This document shows positions 17,693-27,412 of a stretch of DNA of 64,000 nucleotides, in pieces. The notes under the pieces were generated by a model that was not told the DNA's origin, did not search any database, and saw nothing but the letters and a program-made list of their open reading frames with translations. Position 1 is the stretch's first letter, and the number at the start of each line of letters is the position of its first letter. Source of the DNA: Caulobacter sp. (lineage in GTDB: Bacteria > Pseudomonadota > Alphaproteobacteria > Caulobacterales > Caulobacteraceae); the NCBI GenBank assembly GCA_029866155.1, contig JARWZW010000048.1, positions 13,857 to 77,856 of the forward strand. The letters run 5' to 3'. The position numbers and the translations under genes are program-made.

Positions 17693-18808
17693 TCAGGCGG
17701 CGTTCTTGCGTTCGAGCTGGCTAACCAGCCGTTCTTTCCAGACCTTCGGTCCGCCGGCCACAAGGGCAAGCTGACGCGAACGTCGATAGTAGAGGTGGCA
17801 GTCCACTTCCCAGGTGAACCCCATCCCGCCATGGGTCTGGATGTTTTCCTTGGAAGCGAACCAGTAGGCTTCGGAGGCCGCAATCCTGGCCGCCGCTGCG
17901 GCGGTAGCTAGCTCGGCCGCGTTCGAGTTCAACGCCCAGGCGCCATAATAGCAATTGGACCGGGCGACCTCGTTCTTGACGTACATGTCGGCCAGTTTGT
18001 GCTTGATCGCCTGATAGCTGGCGATCACCCGACCGAAGGCGTAGCGGCCCAGGGCGTAGTCCTTGGCCATCTCGAGGCACTTGTCGGCGCCGCCAACCTG
18101 TTCGAAGGCCAACAGCACGGCAGCGCGATCAAAGACCTGTTCGGTGATCGACATGCCTTCGCCAGCCGCGCCAAGAGCGCGGGCCGGAGCATCCGTGAAG
18201 GTCAGGCGGGCGACCCCGCGGGTGGGATCGAGGGACTTGAGGGTCTCGCGCGCGACGCCGGCCGCGTTGAGGTCGACCAGGAACAGACCCGGTCGGCCGC
18301 CTTCGGAGGCCAGGACGACCGCGACGTCAGCGACATCGCCGTCCGTGACCGGGATCTTGACGCCGCTCAGCTTGCCGCCGGAGACCTGGCACTGCAGGGC
18401 AGAGGCGCTGACCACACCGGGACCTTCGGAGGTCGCAAAGCAGCCGATAATCTCCCCGGCTGCGATCTTGGGCAGCAGTTCGGACTTCTGTTCTTCCGTG
18501 CCCGCAAGCAGCACTGCCTCGGCCAGGAAATAGACGGTGGAGGCGAACGGAATGGGCGCAATGGCCCGGCCCAGTTCCTCGGCGATGGCGCAGAGCTCAA
18601 CATGACCAAGGCCGAGGCCGCCAAAGGCTTCCGGAATGGCGGCTCCCAGCCACCCCTGCTCGGCCACGCCCTTCCAAAGGGACTTGTCGTAGGAGACCGA
18701 GGCGTCATTCAGCACGACGCGCACAGCCGACGTGGCGGAGCGGGCGTCGAGGAACTTGCGCGCCTCATCCTTCAGAAACTTCTGGTCGTCGGAAAAATCG
18801 AAATTCAC
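17693..18808 (-). CDS. Acyl-CoA dehydrogenase (shorter partner subunit type)
   Basis: GTG start 6 nt after GGGAGG; FGRVIASYQAIKHKLADM, IQTHGGMGFTWE. Confidence 0.9.
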   Translation of the reverse strand: MNFDFSDDQKFLKDEARKFLDARSATSAVRVVLNDASVSYDKSLWKGVAEQGWLGAAIPEAFGGLGLGHVELCAIAEELGRAIAPIPFASTVYFLAEAVLLAGTEEQKSELLPKIAAGEIIGCFATSEGPGVVSASALQCQVSGGKLSGVKIPVTDGDVADVAVVLASEGGRPGLFLVDLNAAGVARETLKSLDPTRGVARLTFTDAPARALGAAGEGMSITEQVFDRAAVLLAFEQVGGADKCLEMAKDYALGRYAFGRVIASYQAIKHKLADMYVKNEVARSNCYYGAWALNSNAAELATAAAAARIAASEAYWFASKENIQTHGGMGFTWEVDCHLYYRRSRQLALVAGGPKVWKERLVSQLERKNAA

Positions 18809-18999
18809 GAGCATCCTCCCGCGCGCTGGATCCGCGCCTTTTCTGGGAGCGCAAGATAGACAGCTTTCGGTCCGGGGGAAGATTGACTTGGCGTCAATGA
18901 ATTCAGGTTTTTATCAAGCTTCTCCGAAATCCGGGGAGAATAGCGGCCAGGACGCCTGACCCGGCCGCATCCTTTGACGTCATCCAGGGTGGGATCGGC

Positions 19000-19569
19000 A
19001 TGGCCAAGTCTGTCTTCCAGAAGAACCAGAGGGTCTGGGTCGAGGCTGTCGGCGCCTGGGCTCATGTCGAGAAGATCGTCGCCATCTGGGCCAAGGGCTT
19101 CGATGAGCCCGTTCGGGTGACCTATGACGTGGGACTTGGCCGGGAGTTTTTCGCCCATGAACTGCAGCCCGGGGATCAGGTTTCCGACAGCGAGGCCGAG
19201 GGGGGACGCTGGCGACTGCTGCGGGCGAAGAACAAGTGGCAGCAACCCGGCGACTGCAGCCACCATCCATTTCCAGGCACCTATCCGGTTGTGGTGACCG
19301 ATCCCAATGACTGGGGAGGATGGCGCACGCCGGGCGCAGAATACGACCGGGACCCTCGCAGAATCGAGCGGCAGGCGCGGCTGATCGCCAGTGCGCCGGC
19401 CCTGCGGGCCATCAGTCGTCAGATCATGGACCTGGTGAGCGAGGCTCCGGAAGACGCGCCGCCGGCTGTCCTTGAATTGGCCCGGCGTTCCGCAGCCATC
19501 GATCGTTACATCAACGAAGTGCCCGCAGGCGCAGACGCCACGGCCTCGACGGACAGCGCTGTAGCCTGA
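19000..19569 (+). CDS. Hypothetical cytoplasmic protein
   Basis: Isolated ORF with plausible composition, flanked by a promoter-like region and a terminator; no family recognised. Confidence 0.7.
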   Translation: MAKSVFQKNQRVWVEAVGAWAHVEKIVAIWAKGFDEPVRVTYDVGLGREFFAHELQPGDQVSDSEAEGGRWRLLRAKNKWQQPGDCSHHPFPGTYPVVVTDPNDWGGWRTPGAEYDRDPRRIERQARLIASAPALRAISRQIMDLVSEAPEDAPPAVLELARRSAAIDRYINEVPAGADATASTDSAVA

Positions 19570-19597
19570 CCCGGACTTCACAAAACCAGCAGGCATG

Positions 19598-19629
19598 AAA
19601 AAGGGCGTCCCGCCAGGCTGGACGCCCTT
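19598..19629. terminator. Terminator hairpin between convergent genes
   Basis: AAGGGCGTCC-N9-GGACGCCCTT preceded by an A-run (U-tail for the minus-strand RTX gene). Confidence 0.75.
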
Positions 19630-19674
19630 GATCCTGGTTGACGGCGGACAGGCCGCCGCCAGACGCTGGCTGGA

Positions 19675-20538
19675 CTAGAGCACCCAGCCTTCAACGCCGG
19701 AGTGGAAGCCCTTCAGCATGATGCCGAAGTCGGCTTCGCCGTCGCCGTCCGTATCCGCCGCAACGATCGTGCGGTTGGTCGCTTCATTGTAGCTGATGAC
19801 CAGTTCACCGGCATTGCCGGAGAAGGCTTGAACCAGTTCGAACGCATCGTTCAGGGCCGACTCGCTGTTCGCATCGATGGCCGACAGATCGATGATGTCC
19901 TTGCTGTCCTTGAAGTCAGCAATGGTGTCCATGTTGTCGTAGCTGCTCTGGGTCGTGATCGTATAGACGAAGGTGTCAGCCTTTTGGCCGCCGTTCAGGT
20001 AGTCGCCGCCAGCGCCGCCGGTGATGGTGTCGTTGCCGTCGCCGCCATAGATGTAATCGCGGCCGCGGCCACCATCCAGAATGTCATTGCCCAGATCGCC
20101 GACCAGCAGGTCGGTGTCGTCGCCGCCGTAGAGGCTGTCGTCGCCGAGGCGACCGAACAGATAGTCGATGCCACCGCCGCCGGAGATGACGTTGGCGTTC
20201 TCGTCGCCATACAGGTCGTCGTAGTAGTCGGACCCGACGATGTTCTCGATGCTGTTCAGTTTATCATAACCCGCCGCGCCATTTGCATAGCCCGCCGCCA
20301 GGTCGACGACGGTCGGACCGGAGGTATAGATGAAGGACACGGTATCGGAACCGCCGCCGCCGTGGATGACATCATCTCCGGCCCCGCCGGTGATCACGTC
20401 GTCCCCCGCGCCGCCACGCAGGTCGTCATTGCCCTTGCCACCCCTGATGACGTCATTGCCGTCATCACCATAAATGGAGTCGCCGTCATCGGTGCCGATG
20501 ATGACGTTGTCTTCGAGATCGCCGTTGATGATCGCCAT
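19675..20538 (-). CDS. RTX calcium-binding protein with serralysin-type C-terminal domain and no catalytic domain
   Basis: Start MAIINGDLEDN; numerous GGxGxD nonapeptides; C-terminal DFKDSKDIIDLSAIDAN...DTDGDGEADF. Confidence 0.85.
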   Translation of the reverse strand: MAIINGDLEDNVIIGTDDGDSIYGDDGNDVIRGGKGNDDLRGGAGDDVITGGAGDDVIHGGGGSDTVSFIYTSGPTVVDLAAGYANGAAGYDKLNSIENIVGSDYYDDLYGDENANVISGGGGIDYLFGRLGDDSLYGGDDTDLLVGDLGNDILDGGRGRDYIYGGDGNDTITGGAGGDYLNGGQKADTFVYTITTQSSYDNMDTIADFKDSKDIIDLSAIDANSESALNDAFELVQAFSGNAGELVISYNEATNRTIVAADTDGDGEADFGIMLKGFHSGVEGWVL

Positions 20539-20739
20539 GGAGTAGCTCCTGCAAAGGGGGCGGCTCAAAACAAGCCGAGATCAAAAAAACCGCTGCGTAT
20601 ACCCTTGTAGCTGCAGGCGCATCTGTCAATCGCGGATGGCCTCGTTCTCCTGAACTTCACGGAATCGTCTGAAAAATTGCGGATTCGGCACCACGGCTGA
20701 GGCATGGCGCTTGCGATCCGCCGGGGCTACATCAGGCCC

Positions 20740-23331
20740 ATGCGCACAGAAACGCCCCCGCCCGTAAGGCTGTCCGACTACGTTCCGCCGAGCCATCTGA
20801 TCGACGAGGTTTTCCTCGACTTCGACCTGCAGCCCTCCGCGACCGTGGTCAGGGCCAGGATGACGGTCCGGCGTCACGGTCCGGTCGATTTGCCCCTGGA
20901 ACTGGATGGCGACGGGCTGAAGACCCTGACTATCCGAATTGACGGCAGGGCGCTGGCCTCGACGGACTATCAGGAAACCGCCAGCCGGCTTGTCATCGGC
21001 GACCTGCCTGCGAGTTTCGTCCTGGAAACCGAAGTGGAGATCGATCCTGCAGGCAATACCGCCCTGATGGGTCTGTACATGTCCGGCGGACGGTACTGCA
21101 CCCAATGCGAGGCCGAAGGGTTTCGGCGGATCACATGGTTCCCCGATCGGCCGGACGTCCTGTCCCGCTATACGGTCCGGGTCGTGGCTGACGCCGCCTT
21201 CGAACATCTCCTGTCCAACGGCAATCTGACTGACCGGGGCCTGCTGGATGGCGGCAGGCATTTCGCTGTCTGGACCGACCCCTTCCCCAAGCCCTGCTAC
21301 CTCTTCGCCCTCGTAGCCGGCGAACTGGATGTTCTGGAGGACAGCTTCACGACGGCTTCGGGGCGGCAGGTAGCCCTCCGCGTCTTTGTCGACCCGGGCA
21401 TGGCCAGCCGGGCCGCCTATGCCCTGGACAGCCTCAAGCGGGCCATGCGCTGGGACGAGGAGGTGTTCGGCCTCGAATACGATCTGGACCTGTTCATGAT
21501 CGTCGCTGTGCGGGACTTCAATTTCGGGGCCATGGAGAACAAGGGCCTCAACATCTTCAATTCGGCCCTGCTGCTGGCTGATTCCGCGACGGCCACCGAC
21601 CTCGATTACGAGCGGATCGAGAGCGTGGTCGCCCATGAGTATTTCCACAACTGGACCGGCGACCGGATCACCTGCCGCGACTGGTTCCAGCTCTGCGTCA
21701 AGGAAGGCCTGACGGTCTTCCGTGACCAGGAGTTCAGCGCCGACATGCGCGGCGCGGCTGTTCAGCGGATCAAGGATGTCAAGGCCCTGAGGGCCCGGCA
21801 GTTCTCGGAGGACGCAGGCCCCCTCGCCCATCCGGTCAGACCCTCCAGCTATCTGAAGATCGACAACTTCTATACGGCCACCATCTACGAGAAGGGCGCG
21901 GAGGTCATCCGCATGCTCAAGGCCCTGCTGGGACCGTATCTGTTTCGCTCCGGCATGGACCTGTATTTCGAACGGCATGACGGACAGGCGACGACGGTAG
22001 AGGCCTTCATCCAGTGTTTCTCCGACCGGTCAGGCCGCGATCTGACAGGCTTTTTCCGGTGGTATGAGCAGGCCGGAACACCGGTCGTCACCCTGTCCAG
22101 CCGGCACGACCCCGAGACCCGCACCCTGGAACTGACCCTCCGCCAGCAAACCCCGCCAACCCCGGGGCAGCCCTCGAAGGCGGCCCTGACCATTCCGGTC
22201 GCCATCGGCCTGATGGACGAGGACGGCGCCATGATCCGCGATACCGAATGGATCGTGCTGGAGGATGAGCAAACAGTCGTGTCGCTGTCCGACGTGGATC
22301 AGCCCCCTGTCCTGTCCGTCCTGCGCGGCTTTTCTGCGCCTGTCCGGCTGGAGACGGACTCGCCTCCCGGTCACGACTATGTCCTGCTTGCAGCGGATCC
22401 CGATCTCTTCAACCGCTGGGAGGCCGGCCAGCGGCTGGCCAGCCGCCTTATGCTGGACCGGGTGGCCGGACGTCCGGACGAGGCCGGGGAGTCGCGGTTC
22501 GCCGAAGCCATGGGACGCTCCCTCGACGACCAGGCCGCCGATGACGCCTTCAGGGCCCTGATCCTGTCCCTGCCGACCGAACAGGATCTTGCCATGGCCC
22601 TTGAACCTGCCGATCCGGCGGCGATTCACAGCGCCCGCTCCAGCCTGCGCCAGACCCTGGCGACAGTGCTTGCCGATCGGCTGGAACGTCTCCATTCAGG
22701 ACTCGAACAGCATGGCCAGTTCTCGGCCAGCGCGGCGGCAGCGGGTCGGCGGGCCCTGCGCAACGCTGCCCTCGACCTGATGACTGCCGCCCCGGACGGG
22801 GCAGTCCTGCTCCGCGCCCAGCGGCACTACGAGACCGCTGACAACATGACCGACCAGATCGGCGGCCTCGCCGCGTTGGTGTCCCTGGGCGGCCAGGCCG
22901 CCGATGAGGCCCTGGCGGATTTTCACGATCGCTGGCGACACGAACCCCTCGTCATCGACAAATGGTTTTCCGTCCAGGCCCGGGATCCCTCCGAACTGGC
23001 CCTCAGACGGGTCATCGGCCTCACGACCCACCCGGATTTTGAACCTCGGAACCCCAACCGGCTGCGGTCACTCGTCAGCGCTTTCGCCAGTTTCAATCCG
23101 GCCCGGTTCCATGAGCCGGACGGATCCGGTTACCGGTTCCTGGCGGACTGGATCATCGCAACTGACCGGGTGAACCCGATGACCGCCGCACGCCTTGTCG
23201 AGCCTCTGGGCGCGTGGCGCCGGTTCGGCCCGGTCCTCGGGCCGCTGATGCAGGAACAGCTTCAGCGCATCGCGGCGGTGGAAGGGCTGTCCAGCAACGT
23301 TTTCGAACTGGCGACCAAAGCCCTGGCCTGA
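20740..23331 (+). CDS. pepN: Aminopeptidase N
   Basis: CTQCEAEGFRRIT, GAMENKGLNIFN, HEYFHNWTGDRITCRDWFQLCVKEG (HExxH...E), YEKGAEVIRM. Confidence 0.97.
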   Translation: MRTETPPPVRLSDYVPPSHLIDEVFLDFDLQPSATVVRARMTVRRHGPVDLPLELDGDGLKTLTIRIDGRALASTDYQETASRLVIGDLPASFVLETEVEIDPAGNTALMGLYMSGGRYCTQCEAEGFRRITWFPDRPDVLSRYTVRVVADAAFEHLLSNGNLTDRGLLDGGRHFAVWTDPFPKPCYLFALVAGELDVLEDSFTTASGRQVALRVFVDPGMASRAAYALDSLKRAMRWDEEVFGLEYDLDLFMIVAVRDFNFGAMENKGLNIFNSALLLADSATATDLDYERIESVVAHEYFHNWTGDRITCRDWFQLCVKEGLTVFRDQEFSADMRGAAVQRIKDVKALRARQFSEDAGPLAHPVRPSSYLKIDNFYTATIYEKGAEVIRMLKALLGPYLFRSGMDLYFERHDGQATTVEAFIQCFSDRSGRDLTGFFRWYEQAGTPVVTLSSRHDPETRTLELTLRQQTPPTPGQPSKAALTIPVAIGLMDEDGAMIRDTEWIVLEDEQTVVSLSDVDQPPVLSVLRGFSAPVRLETDSPPGHDYVLLAADPDLFNRWEAGQRLASRLMLDRVAGRPDEAGESRFAEAMGRSLDDQAADDAFRALILSLPTEQDLAMALEPADPAAIHSARSSLRQTLATVLADRLERLHSGLEQHGQFSASAAAAGRRALRNAALDLMTAAPDGAVLLRAQRHYETADNMTDQIGGLAALVSLGGQAADEALADFHDRWRHEPLVIDKWFSVQARDPSELALRRVIGLTTHPDFEPRNPNRLRSLVSAFASFNPARFHEPDGSGYRFLADWIIATDRVNPMTAARLVEPLGAWRRFGPVLGPLMQEQLQRIAAVEGLSSNVFELATKALA

Positions 23332-23563
23332 CTTCCGGGCGCCAGAAACTGTTCGCAAGGGGCCCTTCCGATTCATCACCCCTTAACGGGATGACTCAGG
23401 CCCCCTAACATCACCCGGCAGGGTGACTCGCGCGCCGGGCGCCGGGAAGCTGATCGGAAAAGCCCGCTGGAAATGCTCGCCTCTCGCGCCGCATGTCCAG
23501 CAGGGACTTGGAAGCAATGAACAAGGGGGTCGTCGGTCGTTGCCAGGGGTTGAGCGGGAGGGA

Positions 23564-26038
23564 ATGAGCGGATCGGCCTTCTTGGCCGCACCCCCCCGCG
23601 CCTCGCAGCAACCCATGGTCAGACTTGTGATCCTGGCAGCCCTGCTCTTGCTGGCGATCTACACGGCGTTCGGCGCTCACAGGCTGATGAAGGGCTGGAC
23701 CGGACCGGCCACGAGCTCGTCCCCTCTGGCGCGCGCCAGTATCCTGGCCCAGCGGGTCGATGGCGTCCTGACCAACCAGCGGACCGCCTTGCTGGCAGGA
23801 GCCGACCTCTATCGCCGGTCTCAGGACAGTCCGATCGAGGTCACGGAACTGGTCCTGCGCCTGGCCGGGGACGGAGCCCTTTCCACCGCCCTGGTGGGCG
23901 ATGATTCCCTTGCTGCGGCCTCGGGAGGGGGGGCCGCCGCAGACTGGATGGAGGTCGCCCGGTCAGCGGCAGCGGAAGGTGGAACCACCTGGGTTGGCGC
24001 CCTCCAGGGAGACCCCCAAAGGCTTTATTCGGCCTTCGCCCTCCCCGCTGCCGCGGGACGGGTCTGGCTGGTCGTTTCATCCGACCTGACCGGCGTGACC
24101 GGAAAGGCCCTGAACGGGGGCGCTGCCCTGGCCTTGTCTGACGGACGGATCGCTGTCGCCGCCGACCAGGCCGTTGTCGAGGCTGGAACCCTGGACGCCG
24201 CCTTCGGCCTTGGTCGCCAGGCCGTGCAGGATGGTGTCGTCGTTCGCGGAGAGACCCCGGGCGGTACGGCCCTGGATGTCGTCGGCCAGTCGCTGGCAGG
24301 CGGAAAGCTGATCGCCATCGGAGCCCAGCGGGCCGCCGGCGTGGGGCCGATCAGCGCCGAACAGGTCGATGGCCTGGTGTCCCTGCTCGCACCGCTTGGC
24401 GTCGGCATAGCCCTGGCCCTGCTTCTAATGGTGCAGAGCCGACGCGCACAGCGCGCCCAGCAGGCCTTTGTCGACAGCGAACAGCGCTTCCGGCTCGCCG
24501 TAGAGGCGGCGCGATGCGGTATCTGGGAATGGGATCTCGACCGGGACCAGGTGATCATGTCCGACGTCACCGCCGTGATCTTCGGTTGGGGCGGGGCTGG
24601 CGCGGTCAGCGGCCAGGAGGTGCTGGGCCGGATTGCGCCTGACCATCGCGACCGGGTCCGTCAGGCCCTGAGCCATGCCGCCCAGTATGGCGCCTTTGAC
24701 GTGTCCTTCCGGGTTCCGGGCGGCGATGGTCGGCGGTCGCTCTGGATCGATGCCCGGGGGCAGGGCGTGGAGAACATTGGCGGCAGAGCCCACAGCCGCA
24801 TTGTCGGCGTGGCCCTTGACGTGACCGAGGAACGACTTGCCCAGGCCCGGGCCCAGGCGGCGGAGGTCAGGCTTCGCGACGCGATCGAGAGCGTGTCCGA
24901 GGCCTTTGTGCTCTGGGATCGCCATGGCAGGCTGCTGCTCTGCAATCGAAACTACCGGAGTCTGTTCAATCTGGAGCCCAGGCTGCTGAAGCCTGGCGCC
25001 AGCAGGGACGAGGTCACCCGCTTTGCAAGGCTTGCCATTAGCCAGGAGCATCCCTCGAACCACGGCGCCAAGGGCGAACGCGAGGCCGAGATGGTCGACG
25101 GTCGCTGGATCCAGATCTCCGAGCGGCGAACCGCCGAGGGCGGGCTGGTCATGACGGCAGCCGACATCACCGCTATCAAGCGGCAGGAGGAGGCCCGCAG
25201 ACGCAATGAGGAACAGCTGCAGCATGCTGTCGCCGGACTTCAGCGCAGCCAGGAACAGCTGGCGGAACTGGCCCGCAAGTATGAAACCGAAAAGGTCCGG
25301 GCAGAGGGCGCCAATCGGGCCAAAAGCGAGTTTCTCGCCAATATGTCCCATGAACTGCGAACCCCGTTGAACGCGATCAACGGCTTTTCTGAGGTCATGG
25401 TCGCCGAGATGTACGGCCCGATGGGAGACCCCCGCTACAAGGAATATGCGGGCGATATCCATAGCAGCGGACAGCACCTGCTGGCCCTGATCAACGACAT
25501 CCTCGACATGTCGAAGATCGAGGCGGGCAAAATGAATCTCAAGTTCGAACCCATCAGCCTGGACGATGTCACGGAGGACGCCGTCCGCCTGGTCCGCAAC
25601 CGCGCCGAGGCTGCCGGCCTGGACCTGCTGATCGAGCTTCCGACCCTGCCGGAAGTCGAGGGAGACTACCGCGCCATCAAGCAGGTTCTGCTGAACCTGT
25701 TGTCCAACGCCATCAAGTTCACACCCCGGGGAGGGCGAATCACCGTGCAGGGAGAACTTCGTCAATCGCCCATGGGAGACCGGGTCTGGATGGCGGTCTG
25801 CGACAACGGGATCGGCATTTCGAAGGAAGACCTGTCCAGGCTCGCCCTGCCCTTCGAACAGGTTGAAAGCCAGCATTCGAAGACCACCCAGGGAACAGGG
25901 CTAGGCCTGGCTCTCACCAAGTCCCTGGTCGAGCTGCATGACGGCGCCCTCGACATGCGGTCCGAGCCTGGAGAAGGCACCACGGTCAGCTTCACCCTGC
26001 CGGTCCGGCAGGTCGCCCGCTACCAGGACGTCGCCTGA
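23564..26038 (+). CDS. pleC: Polar sensor histidine kinase/phosphatase with periplasmic domain and PAS domains
   Basis: Two TMs flanking a periplasmic region, PAS (LAVEAARCGIWEWD), second PAS, FLANMSHELRTPLNAINGFS H-box, HATPase; about 824 aa; next to pepN as recalled for C. crescentus pleC. Confidence 0.8.
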   Translation: MSGSAFLAAPPRASQQPMVRLVILAALLLLAIYTAFGAHRLMKGWTGPATSSSPLARASILAQRVDGVLTNQRTALLAGADLYRRSQDSPIEVTELVLRLAGDGALSTALVGDDSLAAASGGGAAADWMEVARSAAAEGGTTWVGALQGDPQRLYSAFALPAAAGRVWLVVSSDLTGVTGKALNGGAALALSDGRIAVAADQAVVEAGTLDAAFGLGRQAVQDGVVVRGETPGGTALDVVGQSLAGGKLIAIGAQRAAGVGPISAEQVDGLVSLLAPLGVGIALALLLMVQSRRAQRAQQAFVDSEQRFRLAVEAARCGIWEWDLDRDQVIMSDVTAVIFGWGGAGAVSGQEVLGRIAPDHRDRVRQALSHAAQYGAFDVSFRVPGGDGRRSLWIDARGQGVENIGGRAHSRIVGVALDVTEERLAQARAQAAEVRLRDAIESVSEAFVLWDRHGRLLLCNRNYRSLFNLEPRLLKPGASRDEVTRFARLAISQEHPSNHGAKGEREAEMVDGRWIQISERRTAEGGLVMTAADITAIKRQEEARRRNEEQLQHAVAGLQRSQEQLAELARKYETEKVRAEGANRAKSEFLANMSHELRTPLNAINGFSEVMVAEMYGPMGDPRYKEYAGDIHSSGQHLLALINDILDMSKIEAGKMNLKFEPISLDDVTEDAVRLVRNRAEAAGLDLLIELPTLPEVEGDYRAIKQVLLNLLSNAIKFTPRGGRITVQGELRQSPMGDRVWMAVCDNGIGISKEDLSRLALPFEQVESQHSKTTQGTGLGLALTKSLVELHDGALDMRSEPGEGTTVSFTLPVRQVARYQDVA

Positions 26039-26167
26039 TCGCCTGGTTCCGGCAGACCAGCGGAGCCGTCGAGGGAGAGCTCGGAACCGGTCAGTCCCCT
26101 ACCCGATTGGCGGCCTGATCGCCCGGAGCCCTTGACCTCGCAGGGCCAGACCCCCTACGGCCCGCCG

Positions 26168-27253
26168 ATGTCCGGCGCCCATCTCACAATCGACCTAGAC
26201 GCCCTCAGCGCCAACTACCGGCTGCTCCAGACCCTGTCCGGCGCCTCGGAGGTTGCCCCTGTGGTCAAGGCCGACGGCTATGGAATGGGCGCCGCCCAGA
26301 CCGCTCGGCGACTTTGGGCCGAAGGGGCGCGGACCTTCTATGTTGCGCGGCTGACGGAGGGCCTGGCCCTCAGAATGGCTCTTGGGGCCCGGACAGCCCG
26401 AATCCTGGTCTTCGACGGCATGTCGCCCGGAGAGGCGCCGGTCTTCGAAGCCCATGGTCTGATCCCTGTCCTCAACAGTCCGCAACAGATCGATCTCTGG
26501 CTGGAGGCCAGACCGGGGACCCGGGAAGCCGCCCTGCATATCGACACCGGCATGAACCGACTGGGGCTGTCCCTGGCCGAGGCCTCCGACCTGGCGGCAA
26601 ATCCGGAACGGCTGCGTCGGCTGTCCCCTTGCCTTGTGATCAGCCACCTGGCCTGCGCCGCCACGCCAGAGCACCGCTTGAACCGCGTTCAGCTGGAGCG
26701 CTTCAGCGCGGTCCGCAGCCTGTTCCCCGCGGTTTCCGCCAGCCTTTCCAGCTCTGCGGGGATCTTTCTGGGTCCTGACTACTGCTTCGACCAGGTTCGC
26801 CCGGGGATCAGCCTGTATGGCGGCGGCCCCCATGACCGCCCCGATCCAAGACTGGCCGCCGTCGCACGTCTGGAAGCGCCGATCCTTCAGATCCGGGATG
26901 TGCCGGCGGGCGAAAGTATCGGCTATGGCGCTGAGCAGACTGCCGAGAAGCCCCTGAAGGTCGCCATCATCGCAGCGGGCTATGCCGACGGTTATCCGCG
27001 CGCCGCCAGTCCGCGCGGATCCGTCTGGTTCGACGGTGCGGCCAGACGCCTGTTGGGCCGTATTTCGATGGACCTGACAGCGATCGACGTCACCGACGCG
27101 CCAGGAGCCCGTCTTGGAGACCTCGTCCAGATCCTGGGTCCCGAGATTTCAGTCGATCATGTCGCCTCGGCGGCGGGCGGCTCGGCCTATGAGCTGCTGG
27201 TCCGCGTCGGAGGACGGTCCGAGCGGCAGTGGCGGGGCGAAGCTAGGGACTGA
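26168..27253 (+). CDS. alr: Alanine racemase
   Basis: PVVKADGYG PLP lysine motif, HIDTGMNRLG, VRPGISLYG, GRISMD, YELL. Confidence 0.96.
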   Translation: MSGAHLTIDLDALSANYRLLQTLSGASEVAPVVKADGYGMGAAQTARRLWAEGARTFYVARLTEGLALRMALGARTARILVFDGMSPGEAPVFEAHGLIPVLNSPQQIDLWLEARPGTREAALHIDTGMNRLGLSLAEASDLAANPERLRRLSPCLVISHLACAATPEHRLNRVQLERFSAVRSLFPAVSASLSSSAGIFLGPDYCFDQVRPGISLYGGGPHDRPDPRLAAVARLEAPILQIRDVPAGESIGYGAEQTAEKPLKVAIIAAGYADGYPRAASPRGSVWFDGAARRLLGRISMDLTAIDVTDAPGARLGDLVQILGPEISVDHVASAAGGSAYELLVRVGGRSERQWRGEARD

Positions 27254-27306
27254 GGCTGCGGGGCGGTCCGTCCTCACGGCCCCTGAACCAGCATCAAGAC
27301 TGACTT

Positions 27307-27321
27307 GAACAAAACCGGAAC
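27307..27321. promoter_or_regulatory. LexA (SOS) box upstream of radA
   Basis: Exact GAAC-AAAACCG-GAAC about 90 bp upstream of the radA ATG, overlapping a TTGAAC -35-like hexamer. Confidence 0.75.
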
Positions 27322-27412
27322 ATGCTCCAGTTTGGCAGGCCCCCTGCCCGCCGTCTGCGTCAGGCACGCTGTTTTCGCCTACAGTCCCTTCAATCCGAAT
27401 CGGAACTTCGCC

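Noticed and set aside
18882-18898. FixK/FNR box
   Set aside because: The spacing is TTGAC-N5-GTCAA, one base longer than the TTGAT-N4-ATCAA consensus. Kept only as an unassigned palindrome.
19675-20538. RTX toxin or serralysin protease
   Set aside because: There is no pore-forming region, no HExxH zinc motif and no adjacent acyltransferase or T1SS genes.
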